The translations under genes and the position numbers were made by a program. A DNA stretch of 53,816 nucleotides, from the sequence record SRR22947727_230; one strand, given 5' to 3'. The notes beneath the pieces are model-generated. The model was not told the DNA's origin, ran no database searches, and was given only the letters and a program-made list of their open reading frames with translations. This document shows, one piece after another, positions 36,869 through 47,490 of this stretch (position 1 is the stretch's first letter; each line of letters starts with the position of its first letter).

Positions 36869-37617
36869 AAAAAATTAATAGAATAAATTCAGGCATAATT
36901 TTGTTGGGTGGGGTTGGATCAAGATTTTCTAAAATTAATGAGCAACCAAAACAATTAGCAAAAATAAAAAATAAAATCATTTTGTTAAGAATTATTCATA
37001 ATCTAAACCAATATGGTTTAAATTACTTTATTTTTCCATTGGGATATAAAAAAAAATTTTTTATTAATTTCTTTAAATCAAAAATAATAATTAAAAAAAA
37101 TAACTTTAAAATAATACGTAACAAAAGAGATATTGACCCATCTAAAATTAATATAAAATTTTTTAATGCAGGGCTTCAAACATCTAAATTAAGCAGAATA
37201 CAAAAATCAATTAAGTTTTTAAATCAAAAAGATTTTTTAGTAACCTATGGCGATGGTTTGGCAGATATAAATATAAACAGTTTGCAAAAAAAATATTTTA
37301 AGTTAAAAAAAAAAATATCTTTTATATCTTCGTATTATCAAAATTCCCAATATGGACATTTAAATTTATCTCCCAATAACTATGTTAAATCTTTTGAAGA
37401 AAAGCCAAAATTACATGACCCAGTTAATATTGGTTTTTATATTTTTAATGAATATACGTTTAACAAATACTATAATCCAAATCATGAATTAGAAAATAAT
37501 TATTTAAGAACATTAATAAAAAAAAAAATATTAAAATCACACCTGCATAAGGGTTATTTTTTTAGTATTGATAGTAAAAGAGATATTTTGACAGCAGAAA
37601 AATATTTAAAGAAATAA
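36865..37617 (+). CDS. rfbF: Glucose-1-phosphate cytidylyltransferase-like nucleotidyltransferase
   Basis: LLGGVGSRF...PK, LGYK, TYGDGLADI, YG, FEEKP, NIGFY, H.GYF.SID; GTG start. Confidence 0.75.
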   Translation: MKKINRINSGIILLGGVGSRFSKINEQPKQLAKIKNKIILLRIIHNLNQYGLNYFIFPLGYKKKFFINFFKSKIIIKKNNFKIIRNKRDIDPSKINIKFFNAGLQTSKLSRIQKSIKFLNQKDFLVTYGDGLADININSLQKKYFKLKKKISFISSYYQNSQYGHLNLSPNNYVKSFEEKPKLHDPVNIGFYIFNEYTFNKYYNPNHELENNYLRTLIKKKILKSHLHKGYFFSIDSKRDILTAEKYLKK

Positions 37618-37630
37618 AAAGAAGTGCTTA

Positions 37631-38605
37631 ATGAAAAAAAATGTTTTAATTTCAGGTGGTTTTGGTCTTTTAGGTCAATCATTATGTGAAAAACTTAATA
37701 AGAAAAAATATAATTTATTTGTTTTAGATAAAATCAAAAATAAAAAACGAAACAATTTTCTTTATAAGAAAACTTTAAATATTGTGCATGGTGATTTTAA
37801 TGATAAAAAATTTATTTCAAATTTAATAAAATCAAAAAAAATTAACATAATTTTTCATACGGGTGCGATTACTCAAGTTTTGGAAAGTCTTAAAAATCCT
37901 TACGAGACCTATAAAACTAATATTATGGGTACGATAAATATTTTAGAGGCTATTAGAAAAATTGATCCTAAAATTTTGATGATTTATTCTTCCTCTGATA
38001 AGGCATATGGAGAATTAAAGAATAAAGAATATAAAGAAAACGATAATTTATTCGCAATTTATCCATATGATTTATCAAAATCTAGTTCTGATTTAATATG
38101 TCAGTCTTATAGTAAAATTTATAATTTAAAAGTAGCAATTGTGAGATGTGGAAATTTATTTGGTCCAGGAGATTTTAACTTTAGAAGAATAGTCCCCGAA
38201 ACCATAATCAGGGCTTTGCAAAATAAAAGATTAATTATTAGATCATCAGGTAAATTAATAAGAGATTATCTTTATATAGATGATGCAGTAGAAGCTTATA
38301 TCCTAATACTTAAACAACTTTCTAAGAAAAAAAGTAAAAATCTACTTACTTACAATGTTGGGTCAAAATTTAATTTGACTGTTATACAATTAGTTAAATT
38401 AATTCTTAAAATTATGAATAAAGACAATTTACAACCTAAAATTTTAAATTATTCTAAGAGTGAGATTAAGGTTCAAAAATTGAATTTTAATAAAATAAAA
38501 AAAGATCTTAATTGGTCACAAAAGATATCAATGGAAGTTGGTATTAATAAAACAGTAAGTTGGTATCTCAAAAACTTTAGATATATTAATAATTTATTAA
38601 AGTAG
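37631..38605 (+). CDS. rfbG: CDP-glucose 4,6-dehydratase-like NAD-dependent epimerase/dehydratase
   Basis: SGGFGLLG, SSSDKAYG, YDLSK, RCGNLFGPGD..F.RIVP, RDYLYI.D; adjacent to the rfbF-like gene. Confidence 0.7.
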   Translation: MKKNVLISGGFGLLGQSLCEKLNKKKYNLFVLDKIKNKKRNNFLYKKTLNIVHGDFNDKKFISNLIKSKKINIIFHTGAITQVLESLKNPYETYKTNIMGTINILEAIRKIDPKILMIYSSSDKAYGELKNKEYKENDNLFAIYPYDLSKSSSDLICQSYSKIYNLKVAIVRCGNLFGPGDFNFRRIVPETIIRALQNKRLIIRSSGKLIRDYLYIDDAVEAYILILKQLSKKKSKNLLTYNVGSKFNLTVIQLVKLILKIMNKDNLQPKILNYSKSEIKVQKLNFNKIKKDLNWSQKISMEVGINKTVSWYLKNFRYINNLLK

Positions 38606-38807
38606 ATATAAATTAGACTTTTGCACTTGGTTTAGATTAATATTAAAAAAAGTTTTTTGTTTGGTTATCATTTACATCAAATAAAAGTGACTATTAAATA
38701 TATAATGAACTTAGAAAATCAATTTATCTAATAATAAAAATTTAATCTATATTTTTAATGCTACCCTCTACCCAGATAAGCTAAAAAATAATTTTATTAG
38801 TAGTGTT

Positions 38808-39614
38808 TTATTTTAAAACTTTTTTTAGATTAATTTTTTTTGAATTATTTAATTTAATATATTTAATATCATTTTTAAACTCTTGATATATATATTTCTC
38901 AAATTTTATAAATTTATCAATTTGATTTGGCTTCAAGATTATTCCAGATTGATCTAGCTCTCTTTGTTTATGTACTTTTTTAATTATCTTCCTACTTCTA
39001 GTTAAATAAATACATAGATCAGGTTTTGGACAAATTTTATAGATTTTTTTTAAAAAAAATGTTTTTTTCTTCAATTTAGAAAAGAGTATTAGAAAATATC
39101 TTTGATTAAATCCTTCATCAGAGAGATAAATTATATCCTTTTTATTTTTGGCAAATAGATAATAGGCAGCAAATATTTCATGAATCCAAAATGTAACTAA
39201 ATTTTTATTTTTAGTCTCAATTTTATTAATCAGATCATTTATAATTTTTTTATCTTTAAGATCATTCTCAAAATATCTCAAAAATAAATTTTTACAAATT
39301 TTTATATATCTGTCCCTAAAAAAATTTGAAATTAGATTATTAAATTTAATTTTTTTTTTAAAATTTTTAGGAACAGAATTATTTTTTAAGTCTTTTTTAT
39401 ATTTATTTTTAAGTTTTTCTATAAATTTAAAATAAAATAAAGCGGCATAGTCTAAAAAATTAATTTTTAAGTTAGTAAATGCATATTTGATTATTATTTC
39501 TCTCCTATTTAAAACAATTTTATTTTTTAACTTCAAATATTTTTTTAATTCAATTTCAAAAGTAGTTTTACCCACACCAGGTAATCCAAAAACTTCAATA
39601 ATTTTATGATTCAT
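38808..39614 (-). CDS. P-loop nucleoside-monophosphate-kinase-like protein
   Basis: IEVFGLPGVGKTT Walker A, SDEGFNQR, PKPDLCIYL. Confidence 0.65.
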   Translation of the reverse strand: MNHKIIEVFGLPGVGKTTFEIELKKYLKLKNKIVLNRREIIIKYAFTNLKINFLDYAALFYFKFIEKLKNKYKKDLKNNSVPKNFKKKIKFNNLISNFFRDRYIKICKNLFLRYFENDLKDKKIINDLINKIETKNKNLVTFWIHEIFAAYYLFAKNKKDIIYLSDEGFNQRYFLILFSKLKKKTFFLKKIYKICPKPDLCIYLTRSRKIIKKVHKQRELDQSGIILKPNQIDKFIKFEKYIYQEFKNDIKYIKLNNSKKINLKKVLK

Positions 39615-39951
39615 AGCAGTAATATTTTTTAAAAATTAATTATAGATGTTATTTATCATCATTTTTGACTTAACTTAAGTTTAATTAGGTTATTACAAGA
39701 TTTGCATGAATTTGATTCTTTATTTTAGTAAATGCTTAACAAACTGTGTATTTTTGAATTTAAGTATAAAACTAATTTAAAATTTTATTATCAAAAGTAT
39801 TTATTAATTTATAAATATGATGAATTATTATAATATAAATCAGATAAGTTGTCAGATTTTTTTAAACATTCAAAATTTTAAATATACTTATGTTAAAAAA
39901 AAAATTCAAAAAAAAGATTTAAATAAAAAAATTTATTGAAGTAATTATTAA

Positions 39952-40731
39952 ATGAAAAAGTTATATGATCACAATTCATTAAAAAAAAACAAAAAACCAC
40001 TATTTTCAATAATTACTGTAGTTTTAAATCAAGAAAAATATCTTGAACAAGCAATTAAAAGCTTACTAAAACAAAAAATTAATGACTATGAGTATATCGT
40101 AATAGATGGTGGGTCGACAGACCAAACACTTAATATTATCAAAAAGTATGAAAAAAAAATTGTTTATTGGGAAAGTAAAAAAGACAAGGGTATTTATGAT
40201 GCCTTTAACAAAGGCATTAGACGAGCTAAAGGTCAATATATATGTATATTAAATTCTGATGATAGGTTTACAGTTAACGGACTTAGGATAATAAAAGATT
40301 ATATTAACAAATATCCAAACAAAGATTTTATTTTTGGAAGTGTTAGAAAGCATTGGGGTGTTTTACATGGTTATAGGCCAAAAAAAATTTGGTATTCATG
40401 GGGTTTTTATTCAAGTCACTCCACAGGTTTCTTTATAAAAAATAAGTCTGCAAAAAGAGTTGGGAAATATAATGTTAGTTATAAATATCATGCAGATTAT
40501 GACTATTTCTATAGAATGATTGCAAAAAAAAAAATGAAAGGAATTGCTACAAAAAAAAGTGAAGTTGTTGGAATTTTTAGAAGAGGAGGTTTTTCCAGCA
40601 CAATTCCATTTAGAAAAATGCTTGTTGAAGAATTGAAAATTAGATACAATAACAATCAATCCGTTATATTAATTTTAGTTTTAGGAATTTATAAAATCAT
40701 AAATCATTGGAAAAAAAAAATAATTAAATAA
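39952..40731 (+). CDS. GT2 glycosyltransferase (WcaE/WfgS-like)
   Basis: FSIITVVLN, IDGGSTD, DKGIYDAFNKG, LNSDD, ADYD. Confidence 0.9.
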   Translation: MKKLYDHNSLKKNKKPLFSIITVVLNQEKYLEQAIKSLLKQKINDYEYIVIDGGSTDQTLNIIKKYEKKIVYWESKKDKGIYDAFNKGIRRAKGQYICILNSDDRFTVNGLRIIKDYINKYPNKDFIFGSVRKHWGVLHGYRPKKIWYSWGFYSSHSTGFFIKNKSAKRVGKYNVSYKYHADYDYFYRMIAKKKMKGIATKKSEVVGIFRRGGFSSTIPFRKMLVEELKIRYNNNQSVILILVLGIYKIINHWKKKIIK

Positions 40732-41696
40732 TGAAAATATTAATCACAGGATGTGCAGGTTTTTTAGGATATCATTTATGCCAAAAAATTTTGAAAGCAG
40801 ATAAAAATTCTAAGATTATAGGCATTGATAATTTAAATAATTATTACTCGGTATCATATAAAAAAAAAAGGCTAAGTTTTTTTAAAAATGATAAAAATTT
40901 CAAATTTTATAAAATTGATATATCAAATTTTAAAAAACTAGAAGACATATTTAAAAAAAACAAGTTTGATATTGTAATAAATTTAGCTGCTCAAGCAGGA
41001 GTGCGTTACTCAATTTCAAACCCAAAAGAATATGTTAATTCTAATATACTAGGATTTTTTAATATAGCTGAACTTTCAAGAATTTTTAATATTACAAAGG
41101 TTTATTATGCATCATCCAGCTCTGTTTATGGAGAAAAAAAAAAGTTTCCATTAAAAGAAAGTGAAAATATTAATCCAAAAAATATATACTCATTAAGTAA
41201 AAAAAATAATGAAGAGATCGCAGAAATTTATTCAAATTATTATAATATACAATTTATTGGATTTAGGTTTTTTACTATTTATGGTGAATGGGGAAGACCA
41301 GATATGCTAATTTTAAAATATATAATAGCAATTATTAAAAAAAAAATATTTTATTTAAACAATTATGGTAACCATTATAGAGACTTTACCTATGTACAAG
41401 ATGTTGTTGATAATATTTGGATATTGCTTAATAAAAAAATTAAAAATAAACACCTAATATTAAATGTATGTTCCAATAATCCAGTAAGTTTAAAGTTTAT
41501 ACTGGATAGATTAAACAAAGTTTTTGGAAAACCAAAAATAATTAAACGATCAAAGCAAATAGCTGATGTGTATAAAACACATGGTGATAATCATAAGATT
41601 AATCAAATCACAAAATTTAAAAAGTTTACAAACATAAACACAGGCCTTGACAATCTCATTAATTGGGTAAAATCGAATAAAAAATATATTAATTAG
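40731..41696 (+). CDS. UDP-glucuronate 4-epimerase-like (WbnF/CapI) epimerase
   Basis: TGCAGFLG, DNLNNYY, LAAQAGVRYS, ASSSSVYG, YSLSK, RFFTIYGEWGRPDM. Confidence 0.88.
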   Translation: MKILITGCAGFLGYHLCQKILKADKNSKIIGIDNLNNYYSVSYKKKRLSFFKNDKNFKFYKIDISNFKKLEDIFKKNKFDIVINLAAQAGVRYSISNPKEYVNSNILGFFNIAELSRIFNITKVYYASSSSVYGEKKKFPLKESENINPKNIYSLSKKNNEEIAEIYSNYYNIQFIGFRFFTIYGEWGRPDMLILKYIIAIIKKKIFYLNNYGNHYRDFTYVQDVVDNIWILLNKKIKNKHLILNVCSNNPVSLKFILDRLNKVFGKPKIIKRSKQIADVYKTHGDNHKINQITKFKKFTNINTGLDNLINWVKSNKKYIN

Positions 41697-42652
41697 TATT
41701 TGAGTACTAAGTTTTTACGGTATGAGTTTAATGTTTCTTTAATTTTTTTTTGGGGCGACCAGTTAAAATCATTTTTAACCTTTGTTATATTTGCTTTAGT
41801 GTGTTCGTATTCTTTTTTATGATTTTTTTTGTAACTAATTATTAATTTTGACTTTGATTTAATCTTTTTAATTACATCGTTTAATTGATAAGAAATTCCG
41901 CAACCAACATTATATATCTTTTTTTTATTTTCTTTTAAAAATGATTTATTTATCTTAATGATTAGTCTCAAAAAATCCCTAATATCTATAAAATCTCTAG
42001 AGGGAAAAATCATTTTATCTTTTTTTATATTTAAATAATTTAATTCGATATAAGATTTTTTTTTTAATTTATAAAATACTTTGAATAAGAGCCTTTGGTA
42101 TTTTAAATCTCCAAAATTCATAGGGGTAAATTTTTTTGTTAAACCTACCACATTAAATAACCTCAATATAATTAAATTGTGAAAAATATTTTTATTATCT
42201 AGAAGGAATTTTTCAATAGCAAGTTTTGTTTTTCCATAGTAGTTTTTTGGATTTGTATGGTCATTCTCTGAATATCTATTTTTGTTCTCAGAGTAAACAT
42301 TTGAAGATGATAAAAAAATAAAATTTTTTATTTTTAATTCTGAGACAGTGTCAATAAATTTTTTTGTTTTAACAATATTATTAAGTCTGTAATTTTTTTT
42401 ATTTTTTTCAGCATCATTTACATATGCATAGGCAGCTGCATGTATAATTGTATGTATTTTATTATTTATTATTAAAGAAGAGATTTTTTTTTTATTTGAA
42501 ATACAGCATTTTACAAATTTTTTTTTATTAAAAATGTTTTTTTCATAAGCATATTTTAAATTATCAATTCCAATATATTTAATTCTTGATTTTTCAAATT
42601 TTTTACATATTTGAGAACCTATGTAGCCTGCACTGCCAGTGATTAATATCAT
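41693..42652 (-). CDS. galE: UDP-glucose 4-epimerase-like
   Basis: TGSAGYIGS, HAAAYAYV, SSSNVY, P.NYYGKTK, LRLFNVVG, RDFIDI.D. Confidence 0.7.
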   Translation of the reverse strand: MILITGSAGYIGSQICKKFEKSRIKYIGIDNLKYAYEKNIFNKKKFVKCCISNKKKISSLIINNKIHTIIHAAAYAYVNDAEKNKKNYRLNNIVKTKKFIDTVSELKIKNFIFLSSSNVYSENKNRYSENDHTNPKNYYGKTKLAIEKFLLDNKNIFHNLIILRLFNVVGLTKKFTPMNFGDLKYQRLLFKVFYKLKKKSYIELNYLNIKKDKMIFPSRDFIDIRDFLRLIIKINKSFLKENKKKIYNVGCGISYQLNDVIKKIKSKSKLIISYKKNHKKEYEHTKANITKVKNDFNWSPQKKIKETLNSYRKNLVLKY

Positions 42653-42693
42653 TGTTTTTATTTATAAATTTATATGTAAAGTATAATATACTT

Positions 42694-43839
42694 ATGAAAA
42701 AGAAAATTTTTTACTGGTCACCATGTTTAAATCCTGTTGGAACCGTTAAATCAACACTAAATTCTGCCGTATCTGCTATGCAATATGGCTCAGATTTTTT
42801 TGAAGTTACTTTAATTAATGCTTGTGGTGAGTGGGATGAATACTTGAATTATTTTGAAGAAAATCATGTAAAAATTATAAATTTGAGATATAAATTTTTT
42901 AAGTACCTTCCCAAACATGGTTATATTCAAAGTCGTTTTTCTTATATTGCAATATATTTACTATGTTTTTTTCCACTTATTAAAGTAATAAAAACTTATA
43001 AGCCTAATTTTTTTATTGCGCACTTAATTACCTCTCTTCCTTTAACAGTCATGAGCTTATTACCATTAGATACAAAATTCATTTTAAGAATTTCAGGTAT
43101 GCCAAAATTAAATTTTATCAGAAAATCATTTTGGAAAATAATATCTACTAAACTACACAAGGTTACAAGCCCATCCGTTGAACTAATGTATAAGCTTATT
43201 GATTTAAATTTATTTGATAGAAAAAAAATCTTTTTTTTACCTGATGCAATTATTAATATAAATGAATTCATTTCAAAAAAAAAATTAGAAGTTAATAATT
43301 TTAAAGAATTTAATAAAAAAAGAATAATTTTTGCTGCTGGAAGGCTGACTAAACAAAAAAATTTTTCGTATTTAATTGATGAATTTTCATCATTTATTAA
43401 AAGTAATGATGAGTTTGTTTTGCTGATTTTGGGTGATGGCGAAGAAAGAAATAAATTACAAAAACAAATTTTAGAAAAAAAACTTCAAAAAAATATTTTT
43501 TTAATTGGACATGTAAATAACGTTTTTAAATACTTTAAAAAAGGAGAAGCATTCATTTTAAGTTCTTTATGGGAGGAGGTTGGATTTGTAATGGTTGAAG
43601 CAGCCTTATCAAACTTGTTTATAATTTCAAGCAATTGTCCTAACGGACCTACAGAATTTCTGTCAGAGGGAAAGTATGGAATATTGTTTAAAAATGGTGT
43701 CAGGGGCGAATTATCAAATAGTTTAACAAAATATGATAACTTAAAAAATATAAAAAGGCATAAATTTGAAATAAAAAAGAAAACAAAACAATATACAAAA
43801 TTTCAACATTTTCTTAGTTTAAAAAATATATTAAATTAA
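42694..43839 (+). CDS. GT4 glycosyltransferase
   Basis: AGRLTKQKN, SSLWEEVGFVMVEA, SSNCPNGP.E; ATG at 42694 preferred over TTG at 42652. Confidence 0.88.
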   Translation: MKKKIFYWSPCLNPVGTVKSTLNSAVSAMQYGSDFFEVTLINACGEWDEYLNYFEENHVKIINLRYKFFKYLPKHGYIQSRFSYIAIYLLCFFPLIKVIKTYKPNFFIAHLITSLPLTVMSLLPLDTKFILRISGMPKLNFIRKSFWKIISTKLHKVTSPSVELMYKLIDLNLFDRKKIFFLPDAIININEFISKKKLEVNNFKEFNKKRIIFAAGRLTKQKNFSYLIDEFSSFIKSNDEFVLLILGDGEERNKLQKQILEKKLQKNIFLIGHVNNVFKYFKKGEAFILSSLWEEVGFVMVEAALSNLFIISSNCPNGPTEFLSEGKYGILFKNGVRGELSNSLTKYDNLKNIKRHKFEIKKKTKQYTKFQHFLSLKNILN

Positions 43840-43847
43840 AATTTAGA

Positions 43848-44942
43848 TTAACTTATTTGATTAACTAAATTTAAATATTTTTTAAGATTTTTCTGATAAT
43901 CAAATCTGTATAAATTTCGTATTGCATACCGCAACATTTTCAAACATTTTTTCTTATTTTTCATATAATATAATATTTTTTTGGACAGCTGATTGTGATT
44001 CCCAACATTAAATAAAAGACCACCCTTACCATTTAATAAAATTTCTTTTGGCCCTGTAGGGCAATTAGAAGAAATAACAAATTTTTTTAATGTTAAAGCT
44101 TCCAACAATACATTAGGTAAACCCTCATATTTAGAGGAAAGAATAAATAATTCAGTTTGTTTTAAAAGTGCAAAAGGATTTTCTACAAAATTAATTATTT
44201 TTACAAATTTGTTTAAATTATTTCTTTCTATGTATTCTAATAAATCTTTATGTAATTTACCACGTCCAACAATAACTGCTTCAAATTTAATAATTCCTTT
44301 AATTTGATTAAGGGCCTTTAAAAAGGTCATTTGATCTTTCTGTTCAGTAAATCTTCCAATGTTTAAGATTTTCAATTGTCTTTTATTCGCAAATATTTTT
44401 TTTGATTTTTTCTTAGAATTTTTTAAAATTTCATTATAATTTAATGGATTGTAAATGCATGTTGCATTTACATTTAATTGTTTTTTTAAATCTTTTTTGA
44501 ATTGAATACTATTTACCATAACTTTATCTGCAAGATTCAAACAAAATTTAAAAATTAATCTTTTTATTATATTTCTGGACCATCCAGTTGGTGCTGAATT
44601 TGATCTTGCTATTACTTTTACAGAAAATAATTTACATATAATTATACAGTAAATATTTGCCTGAAATGCAAATACTATTATATTTTTATTTTTTAATATT
44701 TCTCTCATTAGTAAAAAAATTGATAAAAAATACTTTGACCTTCTACCTAATTTATCCCAACAGTTTGATATAAGTGAGATAAACTCAATTGAATTATTAA
44801 ATTTTTTTTTATATTTTTTTGATATTGTAATCAATGCTACATGATCAATCTTTTTACTAAGGTAATTGCTTACTAAAAATAGATTTTTTTCTACTCCACC
44901 ACCCTCTATAGAAGGCATAAAAATTATTAACTTTTTTTTCAT
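43848..44942 (-). CDS. GT4 glycosyltransferase (PglJ-like)
   Basis: PSIEGGGVEK, IYNP, IGRFTEQKD, SSKYEGLPNVLLEA, CPTGPKEIL. Confidence 0.9.
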   Translation of the reverse strand: MKKKLIIFMPSIEGGGVEKNLFLVSNYLSKKIDHVALITISKKYKKKFNNSIEFISLISNCWDKLGRRSKYFLSIFLLMREILKNKNIIVFAFQANIYCIIICKLFSVKVIARSNSAPTGWSRNIIKRLIFKFCLNLADKVMVNSIQFKKDLKKQLNVNATCIYNPLNYNEILKNSKKKSKKIFANKRQLKILNIGRFTEQKDQMTFLKALNQIKGIIKFEAVIVGRGKLHKDLLEYIERNNLNKFVKIINFVENPFALLKQTELFILSSKYEGLPNVLLEALTLKKFVISSNCPTGPKEILLNGKGGLLFNVGNHNQLSKKILYYMKNKKKCLKMLRYAIRNLYRFDYQKNLKKYLNLVNQIS

Positions 44943-44981
44943 TTCTATTTACTAAATATAAAATTAGAATAATCTAATTAA

Positions 44982-45734
44982 ATGGATCTAATAAGTGTTA
45001 TCATACCCTATTATAAAAAAAAAGAATATATTATCTCAACTATCAATTCTGTTTTAAATCAAACTTATAAAAATTTAGAAATAATAATTATTTATGATGA
45101 TCCGAATAAAGAAGATTTAAATTTACTTAAAAAGATTAAAAAAAAAGATAAAAGAATTAAAATTTATATTAATAAAAAAAATTTAGGTGCTGGTAGATCA
45201 CGAAATAAAGGAATCAAATTAAGTAAAGGTATTTTTGTAGCTTTTTTAGATTCTGACGATTTATGGAAAAAAAATAAATTGAAAAAACAAATTGTTTTTA
45301 TGAAAAAAAAGGGAATAGATGCCTCACATACATCATATACTATTATTAATTCTAACAATAAGATAATTGGAAGCAGAAATGCTAAAGATATGAGCTATAA
45401 ACTATTGCTAAAATCATGTGATATAGGCTTATCAACAGTAATATTAAAAAAAGAAATAATCACTAATAAGATAAAATTTGCTAATATTAAAACTAAAGAA
45501 GATTATGTTCTTTGGCTTAAAATAACCCTTAATAATAACAAAATTTTTGCTTTAAAGGATAATTTGACAAAATGGAGAAAATTAGAAGACTCTCTTTCTT
45601 CATCAAAGCTGCAAAAAATTTATGATGGTTATCTAGTTTATAGAAATTATATGAATTTTAATTTATTAAAATCATTTGGATTTCTTATGTTACTTTCATT
45701 CAACTATTTTTTAAAAGATATTAAGAATAAATGA
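44982..45734 (+). CDS. GT2 glycosyltransferase (TuaG-like)
   Basis: ISVIIPYY, YDD, N.GAG.SRN.G, AFLDSDDLW, EDY.LW. Confidence 0.9.
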   Translation: MDLISVIIPYYKKKEYIISTINSVLNQTYKNLEIIIIYDDPNKEDLNLLKKIKKKDKRIKIYINKKNLGAGRSRNKGIKLSKGIFVAFLDSDDLWKKNKLKKQIVFMKKKGIDASHTSYTIINSNNKIIGSRNAKDMSYKLLLKSCDIGLSTVILKKEIITNKIKFANIKTKEDYVLWLKITLNNNKIFALKDNLTKWRKLEDSLSSSKLQKIYDGYLVYRNYMNFNLLKSFGFLMLLSFNYFLKDIKNK

Positions 45735-46750
45735 ATATAGTATTACTTATTTCAATCATAGTTTTAGCTTTAATACTAAATTATGTGTTTACTAAAAAAA
45801 AATTATTTTTAAATTTTCAAGGTGATAATCATCAAAAATTTACTTCTTCAGAAAGCATACCTCTAACAGGTGGTTTAATTTTAATTTTCACGTCTTATTA
45901 TTATCTAAATCCTATTATTTTTAGCTATGTTATATTTATATTTTTACTTGGTTTTTTTTCTGATATTAAAAAATTTAACTCTCCAAAATTAAGATTTATT
46001 GCTCAAACCTTGATCGTTTTCATTGTAGTATATTTTTCTTCTATTACAGTTACTGAAACAAAAATAAATTTTTTAGACCAATTGCTTAAGTACAATATAT
46101 TCAAATTATTATTTTCAATATTTTGCATTTTAATTGTAATCAATGGTTATAATTTTATCGATGGAGTAAATACGTTACTCATTGGATATTGCCTGATAAT
46201 CTCTTCAAGTCTTTATTATCTTAACTTAAATGATATTGATATAAGTAGAATTATAGATTTTTATAACTTCATACCTGTATTATTGGCTCTATTAATACTA
46301 AATTTTTTTAATAAACTTTATCTTGGAGATGGAGGTGCATATTTTTTAGGATTGTTATTTGCCTTATGTCTAATTAACACATTTCAAATTAATAATAGTA
46401 TTTCTCCATATTTTATAGTTTGTTTGCTTTGGTATCCAGCTTTTGAAAATTTATTTTCAATATTGAGAAAAAAAACTTTTTCAAGGTCGCCATTGAAGCC
46501 CGATATTTATCATTTACACCAAATTATTTTCTTGTATTTAAAAAAAACTTTTAACGTAAATATTGTTTTATTAAATACAGCTACAGGTATGATAATTAAT
46601 TTTTATAATTTAATATCAATTGGAATTGCTACCCACTTTTATAGTCATACAAAAATACAAATTTCTATAATAGTCTTTAATATAATTATTTATATATTTC
46701 TTTATAAGAATTTACTGTTCAAAAAGAAAAATAACTTTAAGACTTCATAA
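45731..46750 (+). CDS. MraY/WecA-family polyprenyl-phosphate sugar-1-phosphate transferase
   Basis: PLTGG, GFFSD, NGYNFIDGVN, YLGDGGAY.LG, PD..HLH; multiple hydrophobic segments. Confidence 0.85.
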   Translation: MNIVLLISIIVLALILNYVFTKKKLFLNFQGDNHQKFTSSESIPLTGGLILIFTSYYYLNPIIFSYVIFIFLLGFFSDIKKFNSPKLRFIAQTLIVFIVVYFSSITVTETKINFLDQLLKYNIFKLLFSIFCILIVINGYNFIDGVNTLLIGYCLIISSSLYYLNLNDIDISRIIDFYNFIPVLLALLILNFFNKLYLGDGGAYFLGLLFALCLINTFQINNSISPYFIVCLLWYPAFENLFSILRKKTFSRSPLKPDIYHLHQIIFLYLKKTFNVNIVLLNTATGMIINFYNLISIGIATHFYSHTKIQISIIVFNIIIYIFLYKNLLFKKKNNFKTS

Positions 46751-47408
46751 AAAATAATTTTATCATATATTTTAAAATTAAAAATCCATCTTTAAATGCA
46801 TTTACTTTTTTCTTACCTGCAATTCTTTTTCTCTCATGAGAATTGATGCAACCCAATTCCATTTTCATTTTTTTTGCTTTTATTGGAAGCTCAACACAAA
46901 AAGAAAAGTCTTTTTGATCAAGATGTAACTTTTTAGCTTGTTCAGTTTTACCAATTATAAAAGTATACAAAATGTCACTAATATTTAGTCTAAAAAATAT
47001 TTTACCAATATAAGTAAAAATATAATTTCCAATTAGCGTTAAGACAGTATCATCATCACTTCCAGAATTAGCATCATATCTGGATGCAAATATAAAATCT
47101 AATTTTTTAGAATCTAAAGATTTATACATTTTATCTATATCTAACGGATTAAAAGAACCATCTGCATTGAAGATACAAAAATACTCAGTTTTACATTGGT
47201 TGATGCCATGAATTAGAGCATCTCCATAGCCAAAATTTTTTTGATAAATTATACTAACATCATAATTTTTAATGGATCGAATTGTTTCACTATCTGTAGA
47301 ATGTAAGATAATATCAATTTTATAAGGATATTGTTTTAATTCATTTAAAACCAAAGGTAGACTTTCGGACTCATTTTTTGCTGGAATTATTAAGGTAATA
47401 TTATGCAT
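46737..47408 (-). CDS. GT2 glycosyltransferase (DPM1/GtrB-like polyprenol-phosphate glycosyltransferase)
   Basis: IPAKNE, GYGDAL..G, FNADGS, ASRY, SD, ER.R..G..K....DG. Confidence 0.8.
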   Translation of the reverse strand: MHNITLIIPAKNESESLPLVLNELKQYPYKIDIILHSTDSETIRSIKNYDVSIIYQKNFGYGDALIHGINQCKTEYFCIFNADGSFNPLDIDKMYKSLDSKKLDFIFASRYDANSGSDDDTVLTLIGNYIFTYIGKIFFRLNISDILYTFIIGKTEQAKKLHLDQKDFSFCVELPIKAKKMKMELGCINSHERKRIAGKKKVNAFKDGFLILKYMIKLFFMKS

Positions 47409-47490
47409 TAAAGATAGTTACTATTTTAGAAAAACATAAATACAAGGAAATTGCTGTTATTCAATCTAAATTACTTTATAAGAAATTTTA

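Noticed and set aside
38740-38807. Possible decayed 5' stub of a kinase or GT4 gene (IIFSLSGVEGS-like with frameshifts)
   Set aside because: Needs several frameshifts over about 15 codons; indistinguishable from chance in AT-rich DNA.
39615-39951. 337-bp non-coding gap as a possible ncRNA or pseudogene
   Set aside because: No GC-rich structure, repeats or recognisable homology seen.
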